This document shows, in pieces, positions 1 to 9,176 of a DNA stretch of 64,000 nt. Under the pieces are notes generated by a model that was not told the DNA's origin, searched no databases, and saw only the letters and a list, made by a program, of their open reading frames with translations. Position numbers and translations under genes: made by a program. Numbering within the stretch: position 1 is the first letter of the stretch; every line of letters starts with the position of its first letter. Location: positions 92,678 to 156,677 of the forward strand of contig JBGSRC010000007.1 in the NCBI GenBank assembly GCA_041737745.1, read 5' to 3'. This DNA comes from Candidatus Caenarcanales bacterium (GTDB lineage Bacteria > Cyanobacteriota > Vampirovibrionia > Caenarcaniphilales > Caenarcanaceae).

Positions 1-1
1 G

Positions 2-1228
2 ATGACTTTGGCGCATAACATCGAAACCAGCCGTAGGCTACCAAAACTCAGAGTGCAGCCGAGAGGCGAAGAATTCTTGATCAAGGCCGGTAAGCGAACG
101 ATCATTGTGCTCAAAGAGTCTGATCTGACTGGTCTAGTGGGAGAAGAGGAGTCAGTTGCTTTTTTCAAGCGTCGTCTTGAACGGGCTTTTTCGCAGATCT
201 TGGCCGAAGCCGATCAAAAATTCCCACTCAGCGCTTACTGGCAGATAGGCTTGCTGTTTGCTGGCTTCTTGCTCGCTTCTTTTCTTTTTCTTTGGTTCTT
301 GAAATTGTCTTTTCCCTCCCAAAACGCGCTTTTGGTCTTAGCTTTGCTTTGGGCTTATTTCCTGAATTATTTGTTCGGTCTCTTTCCGCACACCAGAAGC
401 TTTCAACAGCCTCTATCTGGCTATTTTCTGAACCCACTCTTCAATCTCGCAGTGGCTCTGCTTGCCTTCTTTCTGACGAAAAGACTCTCAGTCATCGTCA
501 CTGAATGGTGGTTTCGACGTCATCTCACACTAGACTGGTCCCCAAACAATAGAAGGCACAATGCTCGCTTTACGATCAAGAAGGTCTTTGACTGGACGGG
601 CAACTGGTTGGCTGGTTTTGTGGCTTTGTTGGTATGTTTAGCTGCTTTCGGGCTCGATTTTCATACCATTGCGGCCAGTGCTGGGGTGATCGGACTAGGC
701 TTTGGTTTTATCGGTCAGGATTTCATCAAGGGCTTTTTGTCGGCACTATCGGTGATCTTTGAGGACAAATTCAGCGTTGGTGATGTAGTTCGTCTTGGTG
801 GACATCAGGGTCAGGTAGAAGACTTCAACTTACAATACACCAAGCTCCGAAACATGGAAGGAGCCCTAATCACTGTCCCGAACAAAGATATCAGTGCTGT
901 GGAAAATCTCACTTCCTGCTTTGCGCAGGTTGATCTGATGATCACGGTAGCTCAAGACAGTGATTTGGGGCTGGCTCTGGCTCTACTCGACGAAGAGAGT
1001 GAAGCGCTCGCGCAGGCTATGCCCGAACAACTGCTCGGAAAGCCAGATTTACTAGGCGTCGATCAGGTTGGTGATTTGGGGATCACGCTCAGGCTGACCC
1101 TGAAGACTATACCGATGCAACAATGGTCAGTTAGAAGAAAGCTGCTGCTACGAGTCTTAGAGCGCTTTGCCAAAGAGGGAATTCGTTTGCCTAGTTTGGA
1201 CATCGGTCATAAGAAACCTCCAAGCTAG
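2..1228 (+). CDS. MscS-family small-conductance mechanosensitive channel (start at window edge; may be 5'-partial)
   Basis: Multiple N-terminal TM helices followed by the conserved MscS beta domain (GFIGQDFIKGFLSALSVIFEDKFSVGDVV...GQVEDFNLQYTKLRNMEGALITVPN). Confidence 0.6.
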   Translation: MTLAHNIETSRRLPKLRVQPRGEEFLIKAGKRTIIVLKESDLTGLVGEEESVAFFKRRLERAFSQILAEADQKFPLSAYWQIGLLFAGFLLASFLFLWFLKLSFPSQNALLVLALLWAYFLNYLFGLFPHTRSFQQPLSGYFLNPLFNLAVALLAFFLTKRLSVIVTEWWFRRHLTLDWSPNNRRHNARFTIKKVFDWTGNWLAGFVALLVCLAAFGLDFHTIAASAGVIGLGFGFIGQDFIKGFLSALSVIFEDKFSVGDVVRLGGHQGQVEDFNLQYTKLRNMEGALITVPNKDISAVENLTSCFAQVDLMITVAQDSDLGLALALLDEESEALAQAMPEQLLGKPDLLGVDQVGDLGITLRLTLKTIPMQQWSVRRKLLLRVLERFAKEGIRLPSLDIGHKKPPS

Positions 1229-2192
1229 CGCAGAGTAAACGATAGGCATTGGTAGCGGCTCCGATCAGCAAGTTGTCGGCGACGATCCAGAGCTCAAAGC
1301 TATTTTCTTTACTTAGGTCTTTGCGCAGGCGACCGACATGGACAAGATCCGAACCAGCCACGTCTAGAGGCATTGGGTACTCTGGATCTTGCCAGAGCTT
1401 GAGATGGCTGGAAGCTTGCAGGCAGTCACGGATTTGGCTCAGACTTGCTGGCCCTTTAAGTTCTATGTTTACTGCTTCGGAGTGGCCGACAAAGACCGGA
1501 ACACGCACTGCTGTGCAGGAGATCGCTAGGTCAGGTCTGTGGAGGATTTTGCGGCTTTCGAGCATCACTTTTTGTTCTTCTTTGGTGTAGCCGTCTTCTA
1601 AAAACTTGCTGATTTGGGGGATCACATTGAAGGCGAAGCTTTGGCGATGGTTTGGCTGGCCCTGAAGTGTTTTGGTGCTTTGTTCGCTCAGTTCGTCCAT
1701 GGCTGCTTTGCCTGCGCCGCTCACTGACTGGTAGGTATTCACTATGGCTCTTTTGATCCCAAAGGCTTTTTCGATTGGTTGGAGCGCTAGGACAAGTTGA
1801 GAGGTGGAACAATTGGGGCTTGCAACTATGCCTTTATGGCTTTTGATGTCTTCGTCATTGACACCGGACATCACGAGGGGGACTGTTTCGTCCATTCTGT
1901 AGTGGCTATCTGTATCTATCACTAGGTTGACGCCTTCTTTGAGCGCTTTCGGGATAAAGATTTCGCTCACTGAGCCATTGGCGCAAGAGACTATCAGGTC
2001 TAGCCCAACAAAGCTCGCTGTGGCTGTGTCTTCTACTGTTATTTCTGCATTGCGAAAGGTTGTTTTTTTGCCGGCAGAGCGTTCTGTACCAAAGAGACGA
2101 AGGGAGTTCAGTTTGAGGTTTGAACTTTGTATTATTTCTATTAGTTTTTGGCCTACTATGCCGGTGGCGCCGAAGATACCTAGATTTATCAT
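1191..2192 (-). CDS. asd: aspartate-semialdehyde dehydrogenase
   Basis: N-terminal GxxGxxG Rossmann motif (IFGATGIVGQ); catalytic Cys in SPNCSTSQLVLAL; C-terminal dimerisation region typical of Asd. Confidence 0.9.
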   Translation of the reverse strand: MINLGIFGATGIVGQKLIEIIQSSNLKLNSLRLFGTERSAGKKTTFRNAEITVEDTATASFVGLDLIVSCANGSVSEIFIPKALKEGVNLVIDTDSHYRMDETVPLVMSGVNDEDIKSHKGIVASPNCSTSQLVLALQPIEKAFGIKRAIVNTYQSVSGAGKAAMDELSEQSTKTLQGQPNHRQSFAFNVIPQISKFLEDGYTKEEQKVMLESRKILHRPDLAISCTAVRVPVFVGHSEAVNIELKGPASLSQIRDCLQASSHLKLWQDPEYPMPLDVAGSDLVHVGRLRKDLSKENSFELWIVADNLLIGAATNAYRLLCASLEVSYDRCPN

Positions 2193-2324
2193 TGTTTTTT
2201 CATTTTACTATCAATTATTTGGGGCAGTTGAGATCTTTCATTGGACTTCAAAATTCAAACTCCCGCTAGAAGATGAAAGAAAGCAGAAAGCTAAACAGCA
2301 TCACGATTTAGATTTATGAAACAG

Positions 2325-2348
2325 GGGGTTTGGGGGCGCTAGCCCCCA
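2325..2348. repeat. intergenic palindromic repeat module (GGGGGTTTGGGGGCGCTAGCCCCC)
   Basis: GC-clamped hairpin; near-identical copies at 14222, 18701, 31541, 48135, 54442 and 62236. Confidence 0.7.
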
Positions 2349-2389
2349 TGGAAAATACTTCCCCAACCGACAGTGATTTAAAACCCCAC

Positions 2390-3535
2390 TCAAAGCCTCG
2401 CCAAAAGCGCACGGGGAAACATGAACCTCAAAATAGACCGATAATCATCCTCAGCCAAACGAGATCGACTGACAAACTTCACAATGTTCCAAGTAGGAGC
2501 CTCACCAGCTAAATCCCCTACCCTACTCTCCATGGCTCCTAGCACCTGCACCCGCAAATCACCTTCAGCTGATTGGTAAGAATAAACCCGAAAACTAGCA
2601 CTGGGAAGCTGAAAAATATCTCTAGCCTCAGCAAGACTAAGCGCAACCTGCTCCCGATCCCCCACCAAAACCAACAAACCAGAAGCAGAATCGAGACTGA
2701 CACTCTCCAAGCGCCCCACTATCGACCCCCGAGCATACAAGAGATCGCTCAGCTGGTCAGGCTTAAAGATCCGCTCCCAAGACTGCCCCTGCAAACCGAC
2801 CATCTCGAAGGGCAAGGCGCTACCCTTCAAGGCCGAACGAGGAGGCGTGCAGAGAAGCTCTCCAGAAGGCAAAACCAATACCTCAGAGTCAGTATCCCCA
2901 ATCACCCTAGAGACTGGACCCTTTTCCCCTTTCCGCCCCAAATAGCCATATTGACTGGCCGAAAAATGATACTGACTGGCCGCCTCCTTGGCATTTCCCA
3001 AACAATACAAATACGAACGCACAATCACTGCCGCCGATTTGATCGCGCCTACAGTGTCCCCGTATTCGCTCATGCTGCCCACTAGTGAGTTGACTATATG
3101 CTCGGAGTCCAATTTATTGATGGCGATCACCCCCAAAACGGATCCCTCAAAGCTGATCTCACCTCTATACCAAAGCCCGTTTAGTTGTACTGAAGAGCCC
3201 AAATCTTGCCCCTGTAGCGTAAAAGGAAGAGCGAGTGAGGTGATTTTTTTCTCCTTGCCTTTGCTCAGTAGCGAGAAATCGTATTCGCCGAGCGGGTTTA
3301 AGCGCAGCTGGTATTTTGTGAGCGGCTGAAGGCTGAAGCGCTGTTCTTCGCTGACTAAAAAACCGGATAATTCAGTCCCAAACTCTAATCTGGCTGAATC
3401 GAAAGGCAAACGCACTTTCATTAGCCTTGGGCTATTTTCTGGGGCAAATTGCGCTAAATCGAGCTCGGCTAACACTGAGCGCGAGCCCAGCAGCACAAAG
3501 ACAAAGAGCAAAATCAAAAAAATCCTAGAAGCCAT
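2390..3535 (-). CDS. secreted protein, possible SpoIID/LytB-like domain
   Basis: Clear signal peptide (MASRIFLILLFVFVLLGSRSVLA); motif DTVGAIKSAAVIVRSYLY resembles the SpoIID/LytB EALKAQAVAARTYA signature; otherwise no family call. Confidence 0.35.
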   Translation of the reverse strand: MASRIFLILLFVFVLLGSRSVLAELDLAQFAPENSPRLMKVRLPFDSARLEFGTELSGFLVSEEQRFSLQPLTKYQLRLNPLGEYDFSLLSKGKEKKITSLALPFTLQGQDLGSSVQLNGLWYRGEISFEGSVLGVIAINKLDSEHIVNSLVGSMSEYGDTVGAIKSAAVIVRSYLYCLGNAKEAASQYHFSASQYGYLGRKGEKGPVSRVIGDTDSEVLVLPSGELLCTPPRSALKGSALPFEMVGLQGQSWERIFKPDQLSDLLYARGSIVGRLESVSLDSASGLLVLVGDREQVALSLAEARDIFQLPSASFRVYSYQSAEGDLRVQVLGAMESRVGDLAGEAPTWNIVKFVSRSRLAEDDYRSILRFMFPRALLARL

Positions 3536-3573
3536 CGGTTAGCATGTCCTATATTTCCATTTTCTCACAGGTT

Positions 3574-4596
3574 ATGAGCAACCCCGCCCGCATTCTGGTG
3601 ATCAGACATCGTTTTTTGGGCGATACGATCCTCTCTGTGCCATTTTTGCGCGCATTGCGCCGGCTCTATCCGGAAGCGCAGATAGCAGTCCTAGTCTCAG
3701 AGTTCAGCGGCCAGCTCCTCCAAAACAATCCCTATATTGATGAGCTGATCTGCTTCGATAATACTGACTTCCACCGTTACGAGAAAGCCAGCCAACCCAA
3801 AAACTTCTGGCAGGCCGTGCTTGACTTGCGGGCCCGTCGCTTTGACCGAGTGTATATCCTCAAACGCTCTTTTTCCAGTGCTCTGATGAGCTTCTTGGCT
3901 GGGATCCCAGAGCGGATCGGTTTTGATACTGAGGCTAGAGGTTTTTTGCTCACTGAGCGTATTAGCTTTAATTCTAAGAGACATGAAGCGCTCAATTTTT
4001 TGGCTCATTTGGAGCTTTCACCGAGCCTAGGAGAGCTTTCGGATATTGCTTTTTGGCCAACAAAAACCGAAAGCGAAAAAGCTTGCGCACAGCTAGCTAA
4101 TCTGACGGGACGAAAAATCATCCTTCACGCTCCCTCAGCTCATCCACTGAAGCTTTGGAGCGTCGAGCATTGGGCTAAACTAGCCTTGGCTCTCGGTGAG
4201 AGAGGCTTTCAGCTGATCTTTTCCGGTGCGCCTAGTGATCTGGAATATTACGCGCAGATCGAGGCTCTGATGACTCCCCAAAAGCCTGCGCTTAACCTGT
4301 GCTCTCTAGACAATACTCTCCGCGAAAATGTCGCTCTTTACGCCCAGTGCGAACTGATGATTGCGGTGGATTCTGGCCCTTTGCATCTGGCTGCTGCTAC
4401 AGGGATACCAGTCATAGCTCTCTTTGGGCCTACCGATCCGGCTCGTTGGTCTCCCTTGGCAAAAAAACAAAAAATACTGACCCTTGATTTGACTTGCCGT
4501 CCTTGCAACCTCAAGCCGACTTGCCAAAACCGGGAATGCTTGACTGAGCTTAGCCCTGAGCTGGTTTTGCAAGAAGCGCTTGGGCTGCTCGGATGA
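3574..4596 (+). CDS. glycosyltransferase family 9 (ADP-heptose:LPS heptosyltransferase)
   Basis: N-terminal RILVIRHRFLGDTILSVPFLRAL and C-terminal DSGPLHLAAATGIPVIALFGPTDP are GT9 hallmarks. The ORF track starts at 3544, but homology suggests Met at 3574. Confidence 0.75.
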   Translation: MSNPARILVIRHRFLGDTILSVPFLRALRRLYPEAQIAVLVSEFSGQLLQNNPYIDELICFDNTDFHRYEKASQPKNFWQAVLDLRARRFDRVYILKRSFSSALMSFLAGIPERIGFDTEARGFLLTERISFNSKRHEALNFLAHLELSPSLGELSDIAFWPTKTESEKACAQLANLTGRKIILHAPSAHPLKLWSVEHWAKLALALGERGFQLIFSGAPSDLEYYAQIEALMTPQKPALNLCSLDNTLRENVALYAQCELMIAVDSGPLHLAAATGIPVIALFGPTDPARWSPLAKKQKILTLDLTCRPCNLKPTCQNRECLTELSPELVLQEALGLLG

Positions 4597-5575
4597 CGGC
4601 CTCTGGCTCAAGCCAGCTTAGACAGACCGGTGTGGCACAGCTAGTACTTCTTCGCGCCCACAAGCAAGGCTGGCAGATTAGTTTTTCCATGATCCGGACA
4701 ACTCTTAAATATTCACTGGCAAAGGGCGGCAAGAGCTCGGCCGAGTCAGTAGCAGCAAAGAGGGCAACAGTAGGCGTACCGGCGGCAAGGGCTAGATGCA
4801 TTGGTCCTGAGTCCGGACAGATGAAAAGACAAGCTTCACGGATCAAAGCTAGTAGATCGCTAGCGTTATGTTTGCGTCCTTGCCAGTCTAGAAAGTTTGG
4901 ATTGTTTTCGATTAGACTTTCGGGCTTGAGCTTTTGGTCATCGGGGCCAGCGATCAAAATTATTTTCTGTTCGGGATACTGAAGGCACAAAGCAGAGATC
5001 AGCTCTAGCCAAAAAGCGGGCTGAGGGCTTTTCAAGATGTTTTTGCGAACGCTGATCGCGCTTACACCCGGATGAATGAGAATATATTTTTCCTCGGTCT
5101 TTGTTTGCAGGGCAAGCCTAAATTCTGGCCTAGTGAGACTCGCTGGCTTGACACCTAGCGGCGCAAAGAGATCTGCGAGCCATTCTCCCGCATAACGATT
5201 TTTTCTATTGAGTGGAACAGGGTCTGTTAGCAGAAAAGCCAGAGTATTCTTGAAACCAACACGGCGCTTAGCCCCACTGAACCAAAGCACTAAAGTTGCT
5301 AGAAAGCCTCCCCCAGAAGCGATACAGGTCTCATAGCCCCTGATCAGGTCTAGCAGTTGCACTAGACTTCTAGGGCCAAGTTTGCCCTTGAAATCGAATT
5401 GCTTGACCCCGAAACCGAGTGGCGTCAAGAGTTCGTCAGAGCCTATGTAAGCACGCTTCTCGACTAGAAGATCGATCTGAGCAGCAGTTTCATGTTCTCT
5501 GAGAGCCAAAAGTGCAGGCAAGAATATAATCACATCGCCCAAGCCTCCCGGATGGACGACTAGGATTCGTTTCAC
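4550..5575 (-). CDS. glycosyltransferase family 9 (second heptosyltransferase)
   Basis: MKRILVVHPGGLGDVIIFLPALLAL...DSGPMHLALAAGTPTVALF; converges on and overlaps the previous GT9 gene by 47 nt. Confidence 0.75.
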   Translation of the reverse strand: MKRILVVHPGGLGDVIIFLPALLALREHETAAQIDLLVEKRAYIGSDELLTPLGFGVKQFDFKGKLGPRSLVQLLDLIRGYETCIASGGGFLATLVLWFSGAKRRVGFKNTLAFLLTDPVPLNRKNRYAGEWLADLFAPLGVKPASLTRPEFRLALQTKTEEKYILIHPGVSAISVRKNILKSPQPAFWLELISALCLQYPEQKIILIAGPDDQKLKPESLIENNPNFLDWQGRKHNASDLLALIREACLFICPDSGPMHLALAAGTPTVALFAATDSAELLPPFASEYLRVVRIMEKLICQPCLWARRSTSCATPVCLSWLEPEAVIRAAQALLAKPAQG

Positions 5576-6693
5576 AGCTTAAAAAGATTGCGTGGATCGA
5601 TCGGAACCGGCTTGGCCTCGAAGAAACTATAGGGAGTCAAGGTCACTTGCACGCCCGCAATGGCATTGGCTGCCTCTGAGAGCACTGGTCCGAGCACTAG
5701 CCTGCCGCCGCCTCTGATCGCTGGATTTTTTAGTAAGAGCACCCTAGCGCTGATCGTTTTGTCGTTCGGCAGAAAAACGTTGGGGGCGCTGGCCGAGAAC
5801 TCAAACAAATCGTCGTCTAGAAGGCGCAGAACATAGCCAGCTGGAATGCGTTCTTCTAGTAAGACCAGCACAACACTATTGGGGTTTTGCACGCTCACCG
5901 GCACAAAGAGTTGTCTAAAATCACCCTTTGGGGGCAGCTTGAGAAAGATGGTCGCTTCTTCGATTTTGGCTAGGTCTTGGAAGTTTTCGGTGGGAGTCTG
6001 TCTACGTCTATTGCGTCTCTCGCCTTCTAGGACTGTTTTCCCGAGAGATTTGATGTAAAAGCCACCGGGCTTAGCAATCTGGCTAGCATATTTTTTTGTT
6101 TGATCGAGGCTGCTAGCATCGGTGAGACTTAGGCTAGAGAAACCTGCAGTGGAGTCGTTGAGCTTTTCGGTGAATTTGTCATAGACCAGAGGCTCGGGCC
6201 AGTTGACACTGTAGCTGGGTGTATTCTTTGCGTTTGCGCTAGGCTCAGCGGTCACGGCCTGCTGGTAGAGAGTAGAGTTTGGGTAGCTTAGGACTGTCTG
6301 CTCTTCAGGCTGGAGCGTGTTGGTTGTTGTTTTGACTTTGTCTGTGCTGCTAGCAGTTGCGTTCAGTCGAACTTTCACCTTGACGTTTAGCTCGGCTGGT
6401 AGAGGGCTGCCGTCTTTGGAGATCAAGCTTAGACCGGCTAGATTGCCGCCCTTATCTTTTTCGATTTTTGGAAGATAGTTATTGAAGAAAATATCTTCGG
6501 AACGGGCGGAATAGAGCTCTAAAGCTTGGTCAGTGACACTCAGCGGAACAAAGATGCTCTTCAGGCCAGATGGTATGTTCTGGACTTGGACGGCCATCTC
6601 TTTGGCGTCAAGCGGCCATGCCAGAGCGGGCGGCAACGAGCAGATCAAGAGTGAAGTTAAAATTAACGGTAATAGAAAAAAATTAGCTTTCAT
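5572..6693 (-). CDS. secreted hypothetical protein in LPS-core locus
   Basis: Signal peptide MKANFFLLPLILTSLLICSLPPALA; stop overlaps the start of the downstream GT9 gene (ATGA), which implies co-transcription. Confidence 0.5.
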   Translation of the reverse strand: MKANFFLLPLILTSLLICSLPPALAWPLDAKEMAVQVQNIPSGLKSIFVPLSVTDQALELYSARSEDIFFNNYLPKIEKDKGGNLAGLSLISKDGSPLPAELNVKVKVRLNATASSTDKVKTTTNTLQPEEQTVLSYPNSTLYQQAVTAEPSANAKNTPSYSVNWPEPLVYDKFTEKLNDSTAGFSSLSLTDASSLDQTKKYASQIAKPGGFYIKSLGKTVLEGERRNRRRQTPTENFQDLAKIEEATIFLKLPPKGDFRQLFVPVSVQNPNSVVLVLLEERIPAGYVLRLLDDDLFEFSASAPNVFLPNDKTISARVLLLKNPAIRGGGRLVLGPVLSEAANAIAGVQVTLTPYSFFEAKPVPIDPRNLFKL

Positions 6694-7648
6694 GCCAGCA
6701 CCTCATCCAATAGAAAATTTAGCAATAAATACGCTCAAACTTGGTACGCGCCGTTCACCTTTAGCGCTCAAGCAAGCCCAGATCGTGGCCGCTAAGCTCT
6801 CTCAAGCGCTGAAGATATCTTGTGAGATCGTCGGCTTTGAGACCAAGGGGGATTTGGTGTTAGAAAAGCCTTTGCATACTATCGGGAGCAAGGGGCTCTT
6901 TACCGCTGAGCTGGAGCAAGCGCTGCTGGCTGGAAGTATCGATCTGGCTTTGCATTGTCTGAAAGATTTGCCGACAGAGGAGAACAGAGACTTGCCCTTG
7001 ATCGCTCTTGGCTTAAGGGAGAGTGCACACGATCTATTGGTGCTGAGCGAAGGGTCTTTGCGCTCAGGTCACTTGAAGCTGGCTGATTTGCCTGCTGGTA
7101 GTCGAGTTGGGACAAGCAGCCTTCGGCGCAGCGCGCAGCTTGCTCACGCTTATCCAGCCCTGCTGGCGGTCAATATTCGGGGCAATGTCGGCACTAGACT
7201 AGCGAAGCTCCAAGATCCAGCACAGGATCTTAGCGCCTTGATTTTGGCTGAGGCTGGTCTTAGTCGTTTGGGTTTGTGTGATGGAAGTCAATGCCAGCTT
7301 GATTTGCTGGAGTTTACACCGGCACCCGGTCAAGGAGCATTGGCTTTGCAGGCAAGTGCTAGTCTGGATCCGCTTTTGGCTGCTAGGCTAGCTGCTGTCC
7401 TCGAAGAGCCGAGCGAGAAGATCTGTTTGCTAGTTGAGAGGGCTTTCTTGGCTGGTACTGGGGGCGGCTGTCAGACGCCTTTAGGGGCTCACGCTCTAGT
7501 CAGTAGCACCGATCAAATCTCGCTCCAAGTTTTTCTAGCTGGGCTCAGTGATGGTGCTGTGATCCAGAGTGAGTATGTCTTTGAGCGGGAAAATGCTCCA
7601 GATAGGGCTTATGAGTTGGGGTCAAGCCTCAGATCTCAGATCGCTTAG
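6692..7648 (+). CDS. hemC: porphobilinogen deaminase (hydroxymethylbilane synthase)
   Basis: LKLGTRRSPLALKQAQ N-terminal signature and C-terminal cofactor-binding Cys region (GGGCQTPLGAHA). Start reassigned to the ATG at 6692, because the longer ORF would overlap the upstream divergent gene. Confidence 0.85.
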   Translation: MPAPHPIENLAINTLKLGTRRSPLALKQAQIVAAKLSQALKISCEIVGFETKGDLVLEKPLHTIGSKGLFTAELEQALLAGSIDLALHCLKDLPTEENRDLPLIALGLRESAHDLLVLSEGSLRSGHLKLADLPAGSRVGTSSLRRSAQLAHAYPALLAVNIRGNVGTRLAKLQDPAQDLSALILAEAGLSRLGLCDGSQCQLDLLEFTPAPGQGALALQASASLDPLLAARLAAVLEEPSEKICLLVERAFLAGTGGGCQTPLGAHALVSSTDQISLQVFLAGLSDGAVIQSEYVFERENAPDRAYELGSSLRSQIA

Positions 7649-8572
7649 TTCGAGCAGAGCATAGATTGTATCGAGATGAGGGGTAGGCAACCCAAGCCGT
7701 CTGCTCAAGTCCGCTAAATCCCCCCAAAGGGGCTGCAACTCAAGAGCTCGCCCCGCTAAAATATCTTCCCGCGTCGAAGTGCTGATAGTCCCTAAAGCGT
7801 CAGTGAGAGCCAATTGTTCTTCGATCGCTTCTTTGGGCAAATTGATTCCAGCCATTTGCGCTAATTGCCAGACCTCTAGCATCAAAGCGCTAGTGAGGGC
7901 CAAGGCTCTGGGGCTTCTATAAATATTTCCTGTCTTGCCCCTACTGAGGGCCGTGATCGCGTTGAAGGGGATATTCCATAAGAGCTTTTCCCAGATCTTG
8001 AAGTCTAGATCGCTGACCGTTGAGGCTGGAGAGCCAGCTTTGGCCAAAAGATCGACTAAGGCTTTCGCTAGAGGCGGCTTGTCTGAAACATAAAAACTAT
8101 CTTCCCCGACGAACTCTAGCTCATGAGCGCTGAGAGCATGGACTGAGATATTCATCACTGCTCGCCAAACGCGCTCAAGCCCAAAGGCTCTTTGCAGAGG
8201 GATTTCTGGGCACAAACCGTTTTGCAGACAGACAAACTGCGTGCTCTGGGGCAGGTCTGCTTCAGCTAGATTCTTGGATACTTGGGTATTTGCGGTGGCT
8301 TTGGTGGCGATCAAGACAAGCTCTGGTGGGTTCAGTCCAGATAGCTTGTCGCTAGAATAAACATTTGGCTTGCCCTGCCAGAGTGTTTTCCTGCTTGTAT
8401 CTAGAATGCTGAGACCCAGATTGCCGAAACTTGCTGTCCGCTCAGGACGCAAGATGAAGCTCACTTCCGCTCCTGCTCGGAGTAGTTGACTGCCATAAAA
8501 CCCCCCAATAGCTCCCAGCCCGTAAACCCAAACCTTCAAATCAGCTCGCAGCCCAACGATCGCCAGCATCAC
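7622..8572 (-). CDS. 2-dehydropantoate 2-reductase family (ApbA/PanE-like) oxidoreductase
   Basis: N-terminal Rossmann fold (VWVYGLGAIGGFYGSQL) and overall ApbA/PanE layout; substrate specificity not inferable. Confidence 0.55.
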   Translation of the reverse strand: MMLAIVGLRADLKVWVYGLGAIGGFYGSQLLRAGAEVSFILRPERTASFGNLGLSILDTSRKTLWQGKPNVYSSDKLSGLNPPELVLIATKATANTQVSKNLAEADLPQSTQFVCLQNGLCPEIPLQRAFGLERVWRAVMNISVHALSAHELEFVGEDSFYVSDKPPLAKALVDLLAKAGSPASTVSDLDFKIWEKLLWNIPFNAITALSRGKTGNIYRSPRALALTSALMLEVWQLAQMAGINLPKEAIEEQLALTDALGTISTSTREDILAGRALELQPLWGDLADLSRRLGLPTPHLDTIYALLELSDLRSEA

Positions 8573-9176
8573 CGAGACCGGGCAAGATGTACTTTTTGGC
8601 GCTCAGCTCGCGGTCAAGTGCGGCTGTATAAATATCGACATCGGGATGAAGCGCACTCAAAGAGGCAACACCTTCGGGGCTAGCAATCAGGCAGACTAAG
8701 CTGATCTTGGCTGGCTTGAATTTTTTAATTTCTGTGATAGCCTCAGCGGCTGTGCCACCGGTTGCGAGCATCGGATCGAGGAGGATCACTGTCGATCCGC
8801 TCTGCACAGGCAAGTTCAAATAATAGGTCTCTGGTTTAGCCGTTAACTCGTCTCGTCTCTGGCCACTGAAACCGACAGTGCAAGAAGGGAAGAGGGTGAG
8901 CGCTGTGCTGAGCATTGCTAGGCCAGCCCGCAAAATAGGAATGAAGACAGGTTGGCTTGTCAGCCTAAGTCCCTCAGTCTCTTCCATGGGGGTTTTGAGC
9001 ACATAGCTCTCTAGCGGAAGCTTGCTAGTAGCTTCGAGGATCAAAATATTTGTGACGCTACTCAGAGCCAGCCTCAAGCTAGCTAAAGCTGTTTCTTGGT
9101 CTCTGATCTGGCCGAGATAGTGGGCGATCAGGGCATGCTCGACGACTAGAAGAGACTGACTCACACCCGCTCTCCG
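8541..9176 (-). CDS. upp: uracil phosphoribosyltransferase
   Basis: PRPP-binding motif VILLDPMLATGGTAAEA; N-terminal region aligns with Upp from VSQSLLVVEH, so the start is probably the GTG at 9176 rather than the ATG at 9263, which lies inside leuA. Confidence 0.75.
   Translation of the reverse strand, partial: RRAGVSQSLLVVEHALIAHYLGQIRDQETALASLRLALSSVTNILILEATSKLPLESYVLKTPMEETEGLRLTSQPVFIPILRAGLAMLSTALTLFPSCTVGFSGQRRDELTAKPETYYLNLPVQSGSTVILLDPMLATGGTAAEAITEIKKFKPAKISLVCLIASPEGVASLSALHPDVDIYTAALDRELSAKKYILPGLGDAGDRWAAS

Noticed and set aside
228-504. Two small ORFs (69 and 70 aa) inside the MscS gene
   Set aside because: They are nested alternate-frame ORFs within the TM region of a confidently assigned CDS.
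6533-6691. N-terminal 53-codon extension of hemC
   Set aside because: It overlaps the signal peptide-encoding 5' end of the divergent gene. HemC homology starts near the ATG at 6692.
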